DNA of 64,000 nt from Ptychomitrium polyphyllum (taxonomy: Eukaryota), in contig OZ316776.1 in the NCBI GenBank assembly GCA_973851085.1, positions 2,542,001 through 2,606,000 on the forward strand, in the 5' to 3' direction. The notes under the pieces are model-generated. The model saw only the letters and a list, made by a program, of their open reading frames with translations, searched no databases and was not told where the DNA came from. The position numbers and the translations under genes are program-made. Below, in pieces: positions 24,410 to 37,197 of the stretch. Position 1 is the first letter of the stretch; every line of letters begins with the position of its first letter.

Positions 24410-27400
24410 CTCGACTCACCTTCCCACTCTTCTCTTCACCTCCAGGGGACCTCCAATTCTACTTGCAAAGACACAAACTCTCACAATCAACACAAAACCA
24501 CACAACCCCAACTATCGGCAGAACTGCAAATCTTCCAACAAAACATCGACCTTCAGACAATCAGTACTATAAGTTACTAGGAGATCACTAAGCGAGAAAA
24601 CACTGACATCGCTCAGGTTGAGGAGCATGAAGACGACTACGTCCCGAAGTGAGAGACGACCCCGTTGAGGAACAGTGAGAAAACACCGCACAGTACTTTG
24701 TTGTACTCATTTCCCACGAGCCGTACAATCGCCAACGAGCTCGAAACCAGTCTAGCAGGACCGACGAGGTCCCTTCAGCAACAATCTCAAAGTTATATTC
24801 GCATAATAATGTGGGCGTGTCTAAAACCGTCACTACAACCAAAACCCGTCTCATCTAACCTGTTTCTAGACGATATTAAGAAATCCACCTTTTCTGTTGA
24901 TTTTGAAAACTATGTTGCTTTTGGGTATGGTTACTAACATACCAAAACTTTTGCCATTACTGAGAGAATCTGTTCCAGGGCTGCCCGAAGCGCAGGCTGG
25001 ATTTGACTTTGTTGATCAAGTTGCGCCGGCAACTGGTCTACAGCACCGTATTTGGTGCTTGGATTAGGAAAATTGGCGCAGAGTATGGCCACTTTGGAGA
25101 ATCTGGGATATATTTTGAGGTGGATAGTGGAGCCAAACATTATCGTTTTCCTTGAAAGATGTAGAATCTCAAGTGTCTAGTTTTTCTGGCCTTGCATCTT
25201 CGGCACTGGTGACGGAGATTCTGAAGATTCTACGGGGATTCCTTGGGTCAGTGTGAATGCAAATTACTGGTTCAACATATTTTACAGACAAAGATTTACT
25301 GTCTGAGTTGGAACAAGGAAAATCAATCTTTAGACGTACATTTATGAGGGCATCAAAATCCTCGACATTAGGTGGAGATGAAATAATCATATTGGAAGTG
25401 ATTATGCCGTTGAAATGTTGTGAGTCACGTTTGCAAATATGAGCATATTGGAAGTTTAATATTAGCATGTAACAAGTGACTCATTCAGGTGAATTATATT
25501 AAATATAGGTAATAATGCATGATTGGCCTATAAAATTGATTTGGAAAAATCTATGGTTAAAATCAAAATAATCCTAAAGGTTTCTTATCTCTAAATGTAA
25601 ATAAAAATTATAGGAAGAATTGATGCTCTATAAACAAATCAAAAGAAGTTATTTGTTTTCAAAAATATGGAGAATGAACATGATATAGAATATAGTTTGG
25701 ATTACAAGGCTTACAAATACAAATAGTACTTGGAAAATAGTAGCTTTGTGGACTAAGCTTCAAATTACAAGAAAATTTAAAAAACAAACCATAAACTAGA
25801 TCAAATAATCTTATATTATGGAAAGCTTCAAAGAAAGATCTTGAATATTATAAAAATTATGTTATTTTGTATTATAACAAAATTATTAGTTTTACTAAAG
25901 AAATAAAAATGTTTTTATCTTTTTTACTTTTATGTTGATTTATGATTTTCAACAAATGAACAAATATGGATTTTATGATTTTTTATGTGATTATTTCAAG
26001 AAATGAAAGGATCAATAAATAAATTTTTATATTATAATATTTGAAATACTAACTTAAACTAAATTTTAGTTTATTGATTAAAAAATATATATTGCAAATG
26101 CAAATGCATTTGCATTTGCATTTGCATTTGCATTTATATACCTTTGCATTAATTGATATCTTTTTAATAATTTTATTTGAGTTATTATGGATTTAAGGTT
26201 GACAAGTTGTTTTAAATAAATAAAAATTCAAATGTTGCATCCAATCATAATCTAAGGATCTTTTATTTTTAATTTTTTTTTCTATTCGTAAAAATTTAAT
26301 GTTTTTAAATACATTTATATTTTTGAAAATTTAATGAATTCAAAACAAACCAAATTTAATGGACATGTGAAATTTAAAAACAAAGCTTACAATATCCTAT
26401 ATTCATAGTTTTTGAATTATTTTAAAAAACATTAAAACAAAATTTATTGCAAAAAATTTAAAAATTAATTTAAAGTTATTGTCTTGTAAATAATATTTGA
26501 TTACGTCAAAACTTTGAAGGAAAAAATAAAACATTAGTATTGAGTATATTGAATTAGCATATTTGATCAAAATTGCTTAATACTTCCATATTAATGTTTG
26601 ATTTTGCACTATGGAATTTCATAGGAATATTTTCTTCATCCATGTTTGCCTCTCTTAAAACCATTTTTTATTTTTTTTCTTTTGTTCAATTTTTTTTATA
26701 AATTGCTTCATTTTCAAAGTGACATCATCTTTAGGATAAGCATTGTTTGTTTCATTCAAATTTGCAAAGGTTCTTTAATAGTCTTTCATCATTTTTTTGA
26801 TGTTTCACCTTGTTCTCAAATTCAAACCATTATAAGATGCAATTTCATTTTCTTTATTGTAATTATTTCCATTTGCTCTACATGTTTCAAAATAAATTGG
26901 TCATTTTTATAAATTGTGCAACCCTTCCAAAAAAAAATTACAAAATCAAATCATTTTAAATTCTAATCTCATAATTATCAAAAATTCAAGTTAGAAGATA
27001 CAATTATACAAAGGAAGATGTGTAAAAAACATCTTTAAAAAAGTGTTAAAAAATGTGATTTTAAAGTTTGAAATGACATAGGGATCTTGAATAATAATTT
27101 GCAATTATACTAAGCACACTCTCAAGTATTCATGTTAGGAACAAAAACTTAAAATATTTTAACTTTTTCAACTTTAAAACTCACTTAAACCTGGATATAA
27201 CCCAATAAAATACTTCGTGCTTTGTTAATACCAACTATGCTCAATGCCTCACCCACCTCACCCACCTCACCACCTCATCCACCTCAACTGCTAAAGGATG
27301 TCATGAACTGGTTTCTGTGATGGAAGAGGACTGTGCGGAAATAATTCGCCCCGTGGCACCAGGAGAGACCGGCCCATGCTGTGGAAACCACGCGGTGGAA

Positions 27401-27788
27401 ACAATGGTGTCGCGCAATTATTCCCGAAGGGCTCAAGACCGTGGGCGCCGCATCACCGCGGGGCCCAAGGCCGCGGGTGCGGAGCGAGGCCGAGGCAGCG
27501 AAGAGCGCAAGGTGACCTAGAGAAGAGCAGATCATGTCGAGACTGCGTGGCAGTTTTCTTCTCGGGCGAGTTTGCAGAGCGATGGAGATCTCTGTACTGT
27601 AGCTTAGCTTGCAATCTAGCCTCCCGTTGCAGTGTCTCGTGCCCGGACGCGGAATAGTGGCCCAACAAGCTCTGTTAGAAACCCGCCCAGATCGCTTGAA
27701 CTCGCTCACAAAGCCAGCACGGCATTGGGGTTTTACGTTTTCGGTCGGTGGTAGGACCTTAGTTTGGGGGTTTCAAGCGCTAGCCAAG

Positions 27789-30068
27789 ATGAACGACATG
27801 GAGGTTGGGAAGCAGGTGCAGCAGATGGTGCAGTTCATCCGCCAGGAAGCGGAGGAGAAGGCCAACGAGATTTCAGTTTCTGCTGAAGAGGTAATGTCAT
27901 AAGCTGCCAGCGTTGAGTTTTGCATTGTGCGAGTTTGGTTTTATGTATTTTGGGTATTTGAGGTGTCTGAGGCGAATATTTTCGTGCACGGCGTTTGTGA
28001 ATCGAGAGTCTGTCGATTAGGATTGTTGTTTCTTAGCGACTTTTAGGTTTGGCCTGATGGGTAACGTAGGGGATTTGGAAGCTTTGAAAGCGATGTCTAT
28101 CTATGGCATAGAGTTTTTGTTTGTATGTGTGATTGAGTTCTGTATGATAATGAGATGGGTCAGTGAGGAGAGTGCCATGTCGTTGAGTAGGGCACGGGAT
28201 TTCGCAGCGCATGACTGAGTATTTTGACTTATTTTTCATGCTGTTGGATCTGAATTGGGTCTTAGAATCTCATGCAGTTCACCTCCATGCTATTTTATGC
28301 ATTGTGTTTATAAATTGGAAGAACCAAGATGGGTTCGATTTTCCTTCAGCATTCACCTAAGTTGTAGACAGTCATTAAGATTAAATGGAGCTAAATCTTG
28401 GTTGATGGCGATTGATTGCAGGAATTCAACATTGAGAAGCTACAGATTGTGGAAGCTGAAAAGAAGAAGATCCGCCAGGAGTTTGAGCGTAAGGAGAAGC
28501 AAGTGGAGGTTCGCCGTAAAATGTAATTTATTAACACTACACCTGCAGAATATTGCAGAATTTGGCGGGCTTGTGAACAGATTAGAGCATTTTACTTGAT
28601 ATCTGAAATACTTGAGTACTTATGATTTTAGCGTCACTCATGGTTGTCTTTGCCAATACGTTCAAGACTGAGGTTCCAGCCACTTTGCACATCTATAAAG
28701 TACCGCGTCTTGTTTCTGCTAGTTTTAACTGAAATGGATGACTTCTTGAACTTGCACTGTGATTTGTTAAGAACACACAAGAAGCCAGATGTGTAGCGAA
28801 GCACATTCGTTTTATCACCATGGGAATTTTAACTCGCCTGGGGCATTCAATTCTTGGCACAGTGAGTATTCGACGCAATTGAATGCGTCACGATTGAAGT
28901 TGCTCCAAGCACAGGATGACCTTGTTCGCAAGATGAAAGATGCGGCTGAGAAGCAGCTGCAAAAGGTGGGCTCTAGCGACAATGAGGACTACTCCAAACT
29001 CCTTGAAGCGCTCATCATCCAGGTATGTGATGCCCAGCGGTTAACAATTGTGCTTGTTTCAGCACAATGGACTTGAAAGGCAGACTGTGAATGAACTTTG
29101 AATGGACTTTATTTTGTTCATCCAAATTGCTGTTATGTGCATGCTGTGAGTGGCATTGGGATGATCGTTTGCTGAAAGTGGCAATATGTGGGTGTTTAGG
29201 GTCTGTTGAGGCTGAAGGAATCTTCAACTCAGCTGCGGTGTCGTGAGCAAGATCTCGGGATAGTGCAGTCGGTGATCGAGTCAGCAAAGCAGGCGTATGC
29301 AGAGAAGCTGAATGTGGATGTGCCAGAAGTGTTGGTAGATGACAAGCATTTTCTTCCTGGCCCACCTGGGTCAACTAACCACGGCTCTTCTTGGTACTAG
29401 TCCTCTGCAGTAGAGGAACCATGAATGTTTATTAAGTTTATCCTATGATATGCATTTCTATTGTAGGTCGGATCCTCACATTTAAAAATAGGCTGTAGAT
29501 TCTTTTTGTGTTTAGGTTGCTTCAACCCAACTCTTCTTATTTGAAAATCTAATCATCTATTCACCCCAACTGGGTTGAAATCCTTACAGTCTACGGATCT
29601 TTTCTCTGAAGCTTTTGGAGACATTATATTTGGAGGTGTGTTTTACGGTGCTTTTCAGGGCTGTTTTAATTTGTTTATCTGTTGTGACTGCAGTACTGGG
29701 GGAGTGGTATTGGCTACAAAAGACGGGCGTATTGTTTTGGAGAACACTTTAGATGCACGCTTGGAAGTTGTGTTTAAGCAACAGCTGCCTGAGGTAAGTC
29801 TAGTCTCGACAGAGAGTGTTGGCATATATCTTAAACGCTTGCCTGTACGTTACATATGTGAAATTGGTCGTATGTGATGCTTCTTGGCATAATAGCAGAA
29901 TTCTCACTAACTGGGGAAATAGCATGGTTTAGTTCGTGCCACGGTCTAGAAAGAATTTCTCTGGCTGACGAGGGTAATCGATTGCTCTTCATTTAGTAAC
30001 ATTTAATGTGCTGGCATGAGCAGATCCGAAAGCGGCTCTTCCCGGCAGGCGGTCAAGCAGGCGCTTAA
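27789..30068 (+). CDS. VHA-E: V-type proton ATPase subunit E; exons 27789-27890, 28422-28522, 28863-29022, 29200-29393, 29694-29793, 30024-30068
   Basis: MNDMEVGKQVQQMVQFIRQEAEEKANEI, EEFNIEKLQIVE, YSTQLNASRLKLLQAQDD, GGVVLATKDGRIVLENTLDARL, LPEIRKRLF. Confidence 0.95.
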
Positions 30069-31383
30069 AATTCAGATGCTCCATCTTATTCCCCTGCTCT
30101 TATTATGTTGTCTGGAAAGTTTTCGGAAGTGTCTCCATTTGTCTATTTGTTAGACATCTTCCTATTCATAATAATTAAGTGGGTAGTGAAATCTTGATAT
30201 CTACTTGTTCTTAATACCAACTTGTTTCACAGTTGCTAATCACTGTTGTATTGAGGATCTGAGGTAGGGGTTGAATCATGTACTTCAAATCACGAACTCT
30301 CAGCAATATTTTTAGGGACATGATCTTCTGGATTTTCTATTTTTTCGTGTACACACCTTTTGAAAGAACTTTCTTATGCGTCCAAATTTATGGATTTGAA
30401 CATTCCGTCCAGCGATAAATTCACAGATTTGAACATTTAAGGTAGAGTTGTTAGATACAGTATTGGCGCTATTGTTCCTATTGGAAATCTACTATTTTAA
30501 ATTTTGAATGCCTATAATTCACAGCCATTTTGGTTTAAAACTTATGTTTCTTTTTGCATCCTATTCATTTTCACATGCTGCCGTTACTATTCAAATTTCA
30601 GATCATTTTATGAAGTTACTAGTAGTATCTCAACTGTTCTGTATGTTGGGTACACTCTACCTTATAGTAAAAGGGGGTTAGTACAATTTTCCTACAGCCC
30701 TAGATTGTGGGCTTTCTCGAGGTGGTTTTCCTTGTTAGGTGAGCACAAAGCAAGTAAAGAACCCATTCTACTACAGCCTGCATGCAACATGCATACAGTG
30801 CAGAGTACTAAAATACACCCTGCTTATGGAACACCTTATGCATAAAAAAGTAGCTTGGGAGTTAGGAAAGCGTGTTAGCGCATTGACTTTGTGATTAGGA
30901 AACATCCTCCTTTAAAAACAGTTGGGAGTTTAGGAAACATCCTCCTTTAAAAATGAATATGTTCTGGACAGGGGTACTGATGAAAATGCTTGTGAAATTC
31001 AAATTCAACCTTTTGACAGTGTCCTCTGCGGGCTTTGGAGCGTGCAATGATACGATCTTTATATAGTGTACAAAAAGAAAGAGATAAATGAACACAAAGA
31101 TTTAAAGTAGCTTTTGTTTTAGATTGTATTTTGTAATTGGACTTACCATTGACGTACCATTTGCAGCAAAACATATTATTCTATGCTGATGTCTAAGTTT
31201 TATCTTAAAATGTCCTTTGGTGTAAGAGCAGAAGAAGCAAATTTGAGTGATTGTGATATATCAACAAAATGCATGCCAGAGTGGCCTAGCTATTGCAAAG
31301 CGCTATGGGGAAAAGAACCATCCAAGTTCAAAGTGAATAGGATGTTTAGTGACATAATAGTGTACACAGCTGGTATCACAGCT

Positions 31384-31493
31384 TTTGCAAGTTACATTTC
31401 TGTGTTAAAACATAACAGTTTGAAAAGCTGGTTTCACATCTTTGCAAGTTATACATCTGTGTTAAAACATAACAGTTTGAAAAGCTGGTTTCA
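31384..31493. repeat. Near-perfect tandem duplication, period 57 bp
   Basis: TTTGCAAGTTA....TCTGTGTTAAAACATAACAGTTTGAAAAGCTGGTTTCA at 31384 and 31441. Confidence 0.85.
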
Positions 31494-32257
31494 ATCAGCT
31501 TGTATGGCACCTCTGAGTCAACGAAAAAACCTTGTTCTCTTTTCTTTTTTACTGCAGTCTCTTGTTTTTTGTGTGCCCAAAGGCAAACAATTCATTCTTT
31601 ATGCAACCACCATCCATGATTACAGCTTTAGAAACACCAAACTGAAAGCCTGGGGCCACCTGGATGATCTATACGGACACATACATCTCGTAACTAGAGC
31701 GCTTCTGACAGAGTTCAACCTTCCTAGTACAAGTACAGAATACCTACAGACCTTCAATATATTCAATGATCTTTGTTTGTCAGGAGACGGCTTAGCATAT
31801 TTTTTACTCTGTCATACCTTGAGAAGCAATCTTGGTAGTGCTTGTTGTCTTGCCGCTCTCCTTGTCTTCATGAAGTACTTTCGCTGGGAATAACTTAACT
31901 CCGAAGGGCACTGGCGACGTGAATTCAATGCTTCAGAATTGGTACGTTCTAAGTTATTTTGATGAGTCTGAGGTTGAGCGCCAAATCTGAATTGATCTGC
32001 AGCAAGTTCTGGTGCAGTGCTAGGCTAGAGATGGCTTCTATTTTAAGAATAAAAGTTTGCAAGTCCGTGAAGCTGGAAGATGGAAGAATTTGTAAAGGAG
32101 CTTCTGAAACGACCTTCAGATGTGCTATTCTTCCATTTCATTGTAGAGTTCTAGTGACCACTTGTGAGGTTAAACGATGTGAGTATCTCATTTAGGACAT
32201 GGTGAACAAGAGCTAAATCTGTGGTATTAGCGAGCTGAAAGGTGGAGTTTCCGGACG

Positions 32258-34325
32258 ATGGTGCAAACGAGCTTGAAGGTGAATTCGACCCAGTTGGGAA
32301 CTACTCTGCCCTACCCTGGATGTGCAGGGAAAATGAAACCTCAGAAGACGGTTGTGGTGGTGGTTTTGGTAGCTACCGTCATAGCCCTGCCTTTCCTCTT
32401 CTACCACCAACCCTCCATGACCCGATTTTTATGTGAAATATCCACTCGAATTACTGCCAACAATTCAGAAACAAAGCCAATAGGGTGGGCGCCAGTCCCA
32501 GTCCAGGCAAGTTTCTTATTTTGTTTCCATTTTCACTCTCAGTGATCCATATTCTTTGTTGAAAGCAGCTAGCAGTTTTTATTAAATGTCACCTTACCGT
32601 AGTTCGTTTTACATGTGATACAGGAAATGGCCCCAGACAAGGCCAATCTTAATATTTCGGAAGCAACTAGTGCAGATGAGAGGCTGGAGGCTATGTTGGT
32701 GGGTGCTGCGACTGCGGACAAGACGGTGATCATCACTACCTTGAACCAAGCGTGGGCAGCGAAAGGAACGATGATAGATATATTTTTGAAGAGTTTTCAC
32801 AAGGGGGAGAACACGAAGTTTCTACTCAACCACTTGGTGATCGTGGCTCTGGATCAGAAATCGTTTGAGCGCTGTCAGGAGATGCACCGACACTGTTTCA
32901 TGTTGGAGACGGAAGGGGTGGATTTCAGTGGCATGAAGAAGTACATGACCAAAGATTATTTGAAGATGATGTGGCGGCGGATGGTTCTGCTGCGAACAGT
33001 TCTGGAGATGGGCTACAACTTCGTATTTACTGTGAGTTAGATCACTTGATGCTACTAAATCACCACGTGAACCGCTAATGACATCTAAGTTTGTCACAAA
33101 TGAATTCATAAAGGGCCGTCACAATGGCACCGGAAATTCCAAATTGCTATTAAGTTTTCCAGTGCTTTTTGGTGGTTTGACACAGAATCTCTGACTGCTA
33201 TTGTCACAGCCAGAAAAGCAAAATCGTTCATTTCCATACAAACCTAAATTTGCAGCTTAATGATCAAAGCTTCATCTTTGTAGCAAACTGGAAACGTTTG
33301 GTCATGACACATATCTTAAAAACATTGTACATGTTTTGAAATTGATATCGAGAGAGGATTTAGATTTGATTTGTTCACTTGAGGCTGAAGCTGCTGCCTG
33401 ATTACATGCTTGATTTGGATAAGCACCGCTTGATATTGTTGAGCACTTGGAGTAGCTGATATTACTGTCTACTAAGACCTGATGTACTTGCAGGATGCAG
33501 ATATACTCTGGTTTAGGAATCCGTTCAATCATTTTGCCAACAACACAGATTTCCAGATTTCATCTGATAAATACAGGGGCAATCCAGTGTCACCTAAAAA
33601 CTTACCTAACTGTGGGTACCAGTATGCGCAGTCCAATAACCGCACTATTGCCATGTACAGACACTGGTGCAAAGGTGGAGAGGATCACCCGACGGTAGAT
33701 GAACAGACTCTCCTCAAACTAATGCTCAGACGCAACGAGCTTGCCACTTACAAAGTCAACATTCGGTTTCTGGACACCGAAAGATTCTCAGGCTTCTGCG
33801 AGGTACATTGATTAATCAGTTAATTGCCTTGACCGAGTTGCAACTAAGGACTTCCAAGGATGTAGATCTACCAGTCATACTGCAGACCCCTTGTTGTGCT
33901 TTCGAGAGTGATATGCTATCTCTGATGAACTTAGACTCATGTTCCGAAATGACTACGATGCTCACATTATATTGCAATGAGGTCCACTGCTGCCATTAGC
34001 TTACACTCCTGGGCGGAATCAATCAATGAGGTCTAAGATCTCATTTATTGTGTTGCAGAAAAGCAAGAACATGACAAAAGTTGTCACCATGCATGCAAAC
34101 TGTTGCACAGGCATGGATAACAAGGTTCAGGATCTGCACCAGGCCTTGAAGGATTGGGAATTCAGCAGGTCTCTTGCCTCCACGAACACTTCAGGAGCCG
34201 CAGTATGGCATGTTCCTGCTGCCTGCAGGCATTCCATATGGCCAAGTCCACCTCCAAGACAAAACAAGACTAATCCATCAAGACAAAACAAGACTAATCC
34301 ATCCCCAAGAGGACAGAAAGGCTGA
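32258..34325 (+). CDS. Nucleotide-diphospho-sugar transferase (GT77-like, type II membrane protein); exons 32258(or 32333)-32506, 32624-33031, 33494-33802, 34059-34325
   Basis: N-terminal TM (VVVVVLVATVIALPFLF), KTVIITTLNQAWA, LLNHLVIVALD, YLKMMWRR, DxD motif FTDADILWFRNPF, MHANCC. The first intron needs a GC donor. Confidence 0.9.
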
Positions 34326-35440
34326 GTGAGTGGCGGCAGCAAGCAAATAACAAACAATTAGTTCTAAACCACAATACTCAAAACATAGTATTCATTGTAA
34401 TGGGACAAAACAACAATTTTGGGACTATAATAGCTTGTATAGATTTATCTCAAGTAAAGCTGAATTGCATATCTCATAAACCGTTTAAGTGCAAATTTAG
34501 TAATTTTTGGCTATTGTGGCTCATTTATTGGCAAAAAACTTACTAAATAACTTCAAGAACATGACAATCATCTTTAATAAATTTAACCTCTTTTAAATTT
34601 ATTTCTTTTTTGTGATTATTTTGGGACTTTGAAATTTCCCATTATGATGAATATGATGTTCAAATGGTGCAGTGTATGAAGGAATGTTACCTAGTGTTAT
34701 TGATTGGAAAAATTTATTACCACACAAGAGTAACATTGCATGATTTTGGCTTCCTTTCTTGCCATCTAACAATCACAAAAATGAATCTAGTTCTTAGAAC
34801 ACTTCCAAAATGTAGATATGAAGGTTTCACTATAAAAGAAGAGTTGTAACAATGAATTATCTAACATACCAAAGATAACTCAAGAATTAGTTCTTTACAA
34901 AATTTATCTTATATTTGTTAAATATATCTAAGAAGCCTACAATATTGCTTTATATATTTTTAAACATAGCGTTTTAAAAATCTTCAATTTCAAAAAAGGA
35001 TTGAAATTTTGAGCCAACAAAATTTAATATAATATAAAGTTTCTTGAAGTTTTAATTGATTAGATGTATTTTGCTAAATTTGTACAACAATCATTTATCA
35101 CAACTATAAATAATATGTTTTTTGGAATAATTTTTATTTTACAAAGTATGATACTTGCACAAGCTTTGCATATGAAACAAACAACAAAAAGTATAATTTG
35201 TTATGTAAATAAAGATTTTCATACACAATAGGTTTTAAATATTACAACCATGATTAAATTTGCATTAAACAAAATCAAACAAGAATGCATAACAAACACA
35301 CAATTTATGAACAAATAAGGAACTACAATACATAAGTCAAGCAAATCCTATTCTACAAAGAAAGAATCCAAGAATATAAGTGATAAGAAAACTGTAAGTT
35401 TTCTTGAATTACTAAATAATTATATTCGAGCAAAATTGCA

Positions 35441-35520
35441 CTTACAAAACTTCACTTAATAAAGAATACTAAGCCAAAGGAGCCCCTCCACCTTAAATTC
35501 CTTCTAAATACTAATTGGCA
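35441..35520 (+). repeat. Degenerate dispersed repeat, copy B
   Basis: TACAAAACTTCACTTAATAAAGAATACTAAGCCAAAGGAGCCCCTCCACC is similar to 17821-17900. Confidence 0.65.
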
Positions 35521-37197
35521 GTAATAAAACCAGTCAACACAAAGTTTATATTAAATGAATGAATACTTTTTTAACTATATATATATACAACTATAAATAT
35601 TCCAAAATTTATCTATCCAATTTTGAAGAGTTAATAATTAAAAAAAAGTACCTACTTGATTTTTAGACTTATGAAATACATTCTTATTGGTATTCTTAAT
35701 TGATGATATGATAGTAAATTTTTTTGTTTTGAACCCATCTTCTATTTGTATACAATATTAAAATTATTCTATTTTAAAACAAGGAAGGAAGTATTAATAT
35801 TGATCAATTTACCAATTAGTTCAAATGTCACTAGATCTTCTTACTATTCTTTAAATTACTTCATCAATAGTATTTCAACTTATATATTATTGATAGTATT
35901 TGTAATATAAAAATATTATTTCAAATAAGCCTACTCATATATATAGCTATCTTAAGCAAGGAATTACCAAATTCAAACAAGTAAATTCTAAATATATATT
36001 CTTACAAATATCATAGAAAAAAGCATCAATCATTGTAGAACTCTAAAAGTTCATGAGAAATGGATTTTCATTAGAATGCAAGATATTACTACTTCAGCAA
36101 TCCTTCTACATCAAGGACTATTTCTATATACTTTCATTATAGAAATTTCAAAACAACCTATCTAAATGATTATATTCTAGATTTCAATATCCTTTTAACA
36201 ATTTTGAAAAATTGTATTCCTCACACCACACAAACAACCCAAAGTTGTGGAGCAATCTTCAGTACCACGTTAATCTCAAAGACATTTGTATGAAGCTACC
36301 ACTGCCTGCATTCTTACAACAAACTGAAGTGTGCAAAGATTGGAATCATTTTGGCATGGCCAAAACAATGTCCCACTGATTTTATCCACAAACCTTACTT
36401 GTTCTTGCTCAGGAGGAACAAACTAACTCAGGATCTCAAACTGTGCATGGAATTCTTACATTCCACATTGCATCTGGTAGCTAGAGATGGAATCATCTCA
36501 TTAGTCTTTCATGTAGTCAAACATTTAAGCTTTAACCCTTTTCTGTCAAAGGCATGGTATTTAGTGTCTACAATGAAGCACAAATTAGTCACACTTGATT
36601 ATGGCATAAATTGATTGCCCGTAGTGGGATAATTAATTAGTGGAATGCTCCAAGTATGAGATTAAGGAGTAGACCTTAAGGAGTAGACCTCATGCTGTAG
36701 GTGTGGCAGTTGGTACCTCTGTCATACCACACACTTTCAAGCTCATCCTTGGCCACCACAATTCCTGATTTCAAATATATGATTCAGCTACAAACCAATG
36801 GGAGACAAGATCGTTGCAGTTAGTTCCTTGCACAAATCTTATCCCCACCACATCTTGTTTACATATGTTTACATTTGGTCGAGGATAGACACAATATTGG
36901 TGTACTCTTTGAGAGAACAGATGGAGTACACTCTTTAGTCCCAGTAGGCTTAAGAATTGTAAAGTTGGGGGTACCTTAGGATTTTGGAATGGTTGGATAT
37001 TCATTATGATGGAAGATGTTGAAACCAATGACCAGAGTTTCTCTGAAAACAAACTAGTCCTTACATTGATCACGAGTTCCAGATCCTGGAATCTACTCCA
37101 GTAAAGACTGCGTATTAATTCTTAACCCTACGTCTAATGTTAATGCCTAAATAAACATTCATGTTGGCTCACTAATGATTTATAGACGGTTTGAAGG

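Noticed and set aside
23747..24580. + strand ORFs over VAMP72
   Set aside because: Antisense shadows of the GC-rich VAMP72 exon.
24934..25468. Short ORFs upstream of VAMP72 as a possible pseudogene
   Set aside because: No recognisable homology in the frames I read; cannot be supported without a search.
26092..26135. Hairpin formed by (AAATGC)n/(GCATTT)n
   Set aside because: Simple microsatellite palindrome in AT-rich spacer; too short and low-complexity to call a miRNA precursor or MITE.
27284..27709. GC-rich ORFs on both strands upstream of VHA-E
   Set aside because: Promoter/5' UTR GC island; no protein-family signal.
31183..31893. 236-aa ORF upstream of the GT77 gene
   Set aside because: No recognisable motifs and atypical composition; length is partly due to a 57-bp in-frame duplication. 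More likely promoter or 5' UTR sequence.
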